Below are positions 63,388 through 64,000 of a DNA stretch of 64,000 bases, in pieces. Source of the stretch: Lysobacterales bacterium (GTDB lineage: Bacteria; Pseudomonadota; Gammaproteobacteria; Xanthomonadales; SZUA-38). The notes beneath the pieces are model-generated. The model did no database searches. It saw only the letters and a program-made list of their open reading frames with translations, and was not told the DNA's origin. Numbering within the stretch: the stretch's first letter is position 1; each line of letters opens with the position of its first letter. The stretch lies in NCBI GenBank assembly GCA_045106555.1, contig JBGCET010000014.1:114164-178163 (forward strand), given 5' to 3'. Position numbers and translations under genes: made by a program.

Positions 63388-64000
63388 TGATGGAAAATCA
63401 CTATCTAGCGATTGTTCTTGCGCCCCTGTTTGGTGCCATCGTGGCCGGCCTGTTTGGCCGCCAGATTGGGCGCTCCGGCGCTCATTGGCTCACCATCGCC
63501 GGGGTCACGGTCTCTACCGTGCTCTCACTGGACGTCATGCGACGGTTCTTGTTCGAAGGGTTGGAGGTTTACAACGAATCGGTCTACACCTGGCTGATCA
63601 GCGGCGGCGTACGCTTTGAGGTCGGGTTTTTAGTCGATCGACTCACCGCCGTGATGATGTGTGTGGTGACCTTCGTCTCCCTGATGGTGCACATTTACAC
63701 CATTGGTTATATGAAAGAAGATCCAGGTTATCAGCGCTTCTTTGCCTATATTTCGCTGTTTACCTTTGCCATGCTCATGCTGGTGATGGCCAACAACTTC
63801 ATGCAGCTGTTTTTTGGGTGGGAGGCGGTGGGTGTGGTGTCTTACCTGCTCATTGGCTTTTGGTACAAAAAGCCCACAGCCATCTTCGCCAACATGAAAG
63901 CGTTTTTAGTCAACCGGGTAGGGGACTTTGGTTTCCTGCTGGGCATTGGCGCGGTTCTGATGACGTTCGGCAGCGTGGACTATGCCGAGGTGTTTGCCGC
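63387..64000 (+). CDS. nuoL: NADH-quinone oxidoreductase subunit L (5' part, runs off the window end)
   Basis: Absent from the ORF track because there is no stop in the window. Manual translation gives [24 protein letters not shown]...YTIGYMKEDPGYQRFFAYISLFTFAMLMLV...FFGWEAVGVVSYLLIGFW. The ATG overlaps the nuoK TGA. Confidence 0.9.
   Translation, partial: MMENHYLAIVLAPLFGAIVAGLFGRQIGRSGAHWLTIAGVTVSTVLSLDVMRRFLFEGLEVYNESVYTWLISGGVRFEVGFLVDRLTAVMMCVVTFVSLMVHIYTIGYMKEDPGYQRFFAYISLFTFAMLMLVMANNFMQLFFGWEAVGVVSYLLIGFWYKKPTAIFANMKAFLVNRVGDFGFLLGIGAVLMTFGSVDYAEVFA

Overview
The window is chromosomal DNA that looks gammaproteobacterial. This is inferred from gene content and synteny: rmlBAC, ssb, ispB, typA, parE-parC, pyrG-kdsA-eno-ftsB, truD, surE-pcm-nlpD-rpoS, yhbY / rlmE-ftsH-folP-glmM, tpiA-secG-tRNA-Leu, and nuoA-L with separate nuoC and nuoD. 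I support about 65 protein-coding genes, one tRNA, one gene remnant and a few weak regulatory calls. I recognised no rRNA, CRISPR array, transposase, integrase or prophage gene. Two genes are missing from the ORF track because they run off the window edges. One is a 4'-phosphopantetheinyl transferase on the minus strand at 1-491. The other is nuoL at 63387-64000. Many ORF-track starts are over-extended, so I give trimmed starts where homologue N-termini, overlapping stop/start codons or signal peptides support them. Most of the window is housekeeping, but two regions look accessory. (1) The main candidate for a novel system lies at about 7.8-22.9 kb, in particular a tightly coupled co-directional cluster at 11013-22562. 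It encodes two lipoproteins, a transmembrane pseudokinase-TPR protein, a PEGA-array/FGE-sulfatase-fold protein and a small acidic secreted protein. It also encodes a MotA/TolQ/ExbB-like channel, a degenerate Hsp70-fold/FHA protein, and two paralogous proteins with TolR/ExbD-like N-terminal helices (conserved Asp17) fused to coiled coil and vWA (MIDAS-intact) domains. I read this as a possible proton-motive-force-driven stator-like machine with vWA output domains. It is not Tol-Pal, TonB, flagellar, Zorya or T6SS by gene content. (2) A three-gene insertion at 47989-52314 sits between glmM and tpiA. It encodes a 2OG-Fe(II) oxygenase, a Sel1-repeat protein, and a secreted FG-GAP propeller protein with a tandemly duplicated uncharacterised C-terminal domain. 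A start-less remnant of that domain lies at 25343-25483. A G12/C12 homopolymer sits in the 3' end of a lipoprotein gene at 10109-10120. All functional calls rest on my own reading of the translated sequences and on motifs recalled from memory. No database search, HMM scan, fold prediction or compositional statistic was run.
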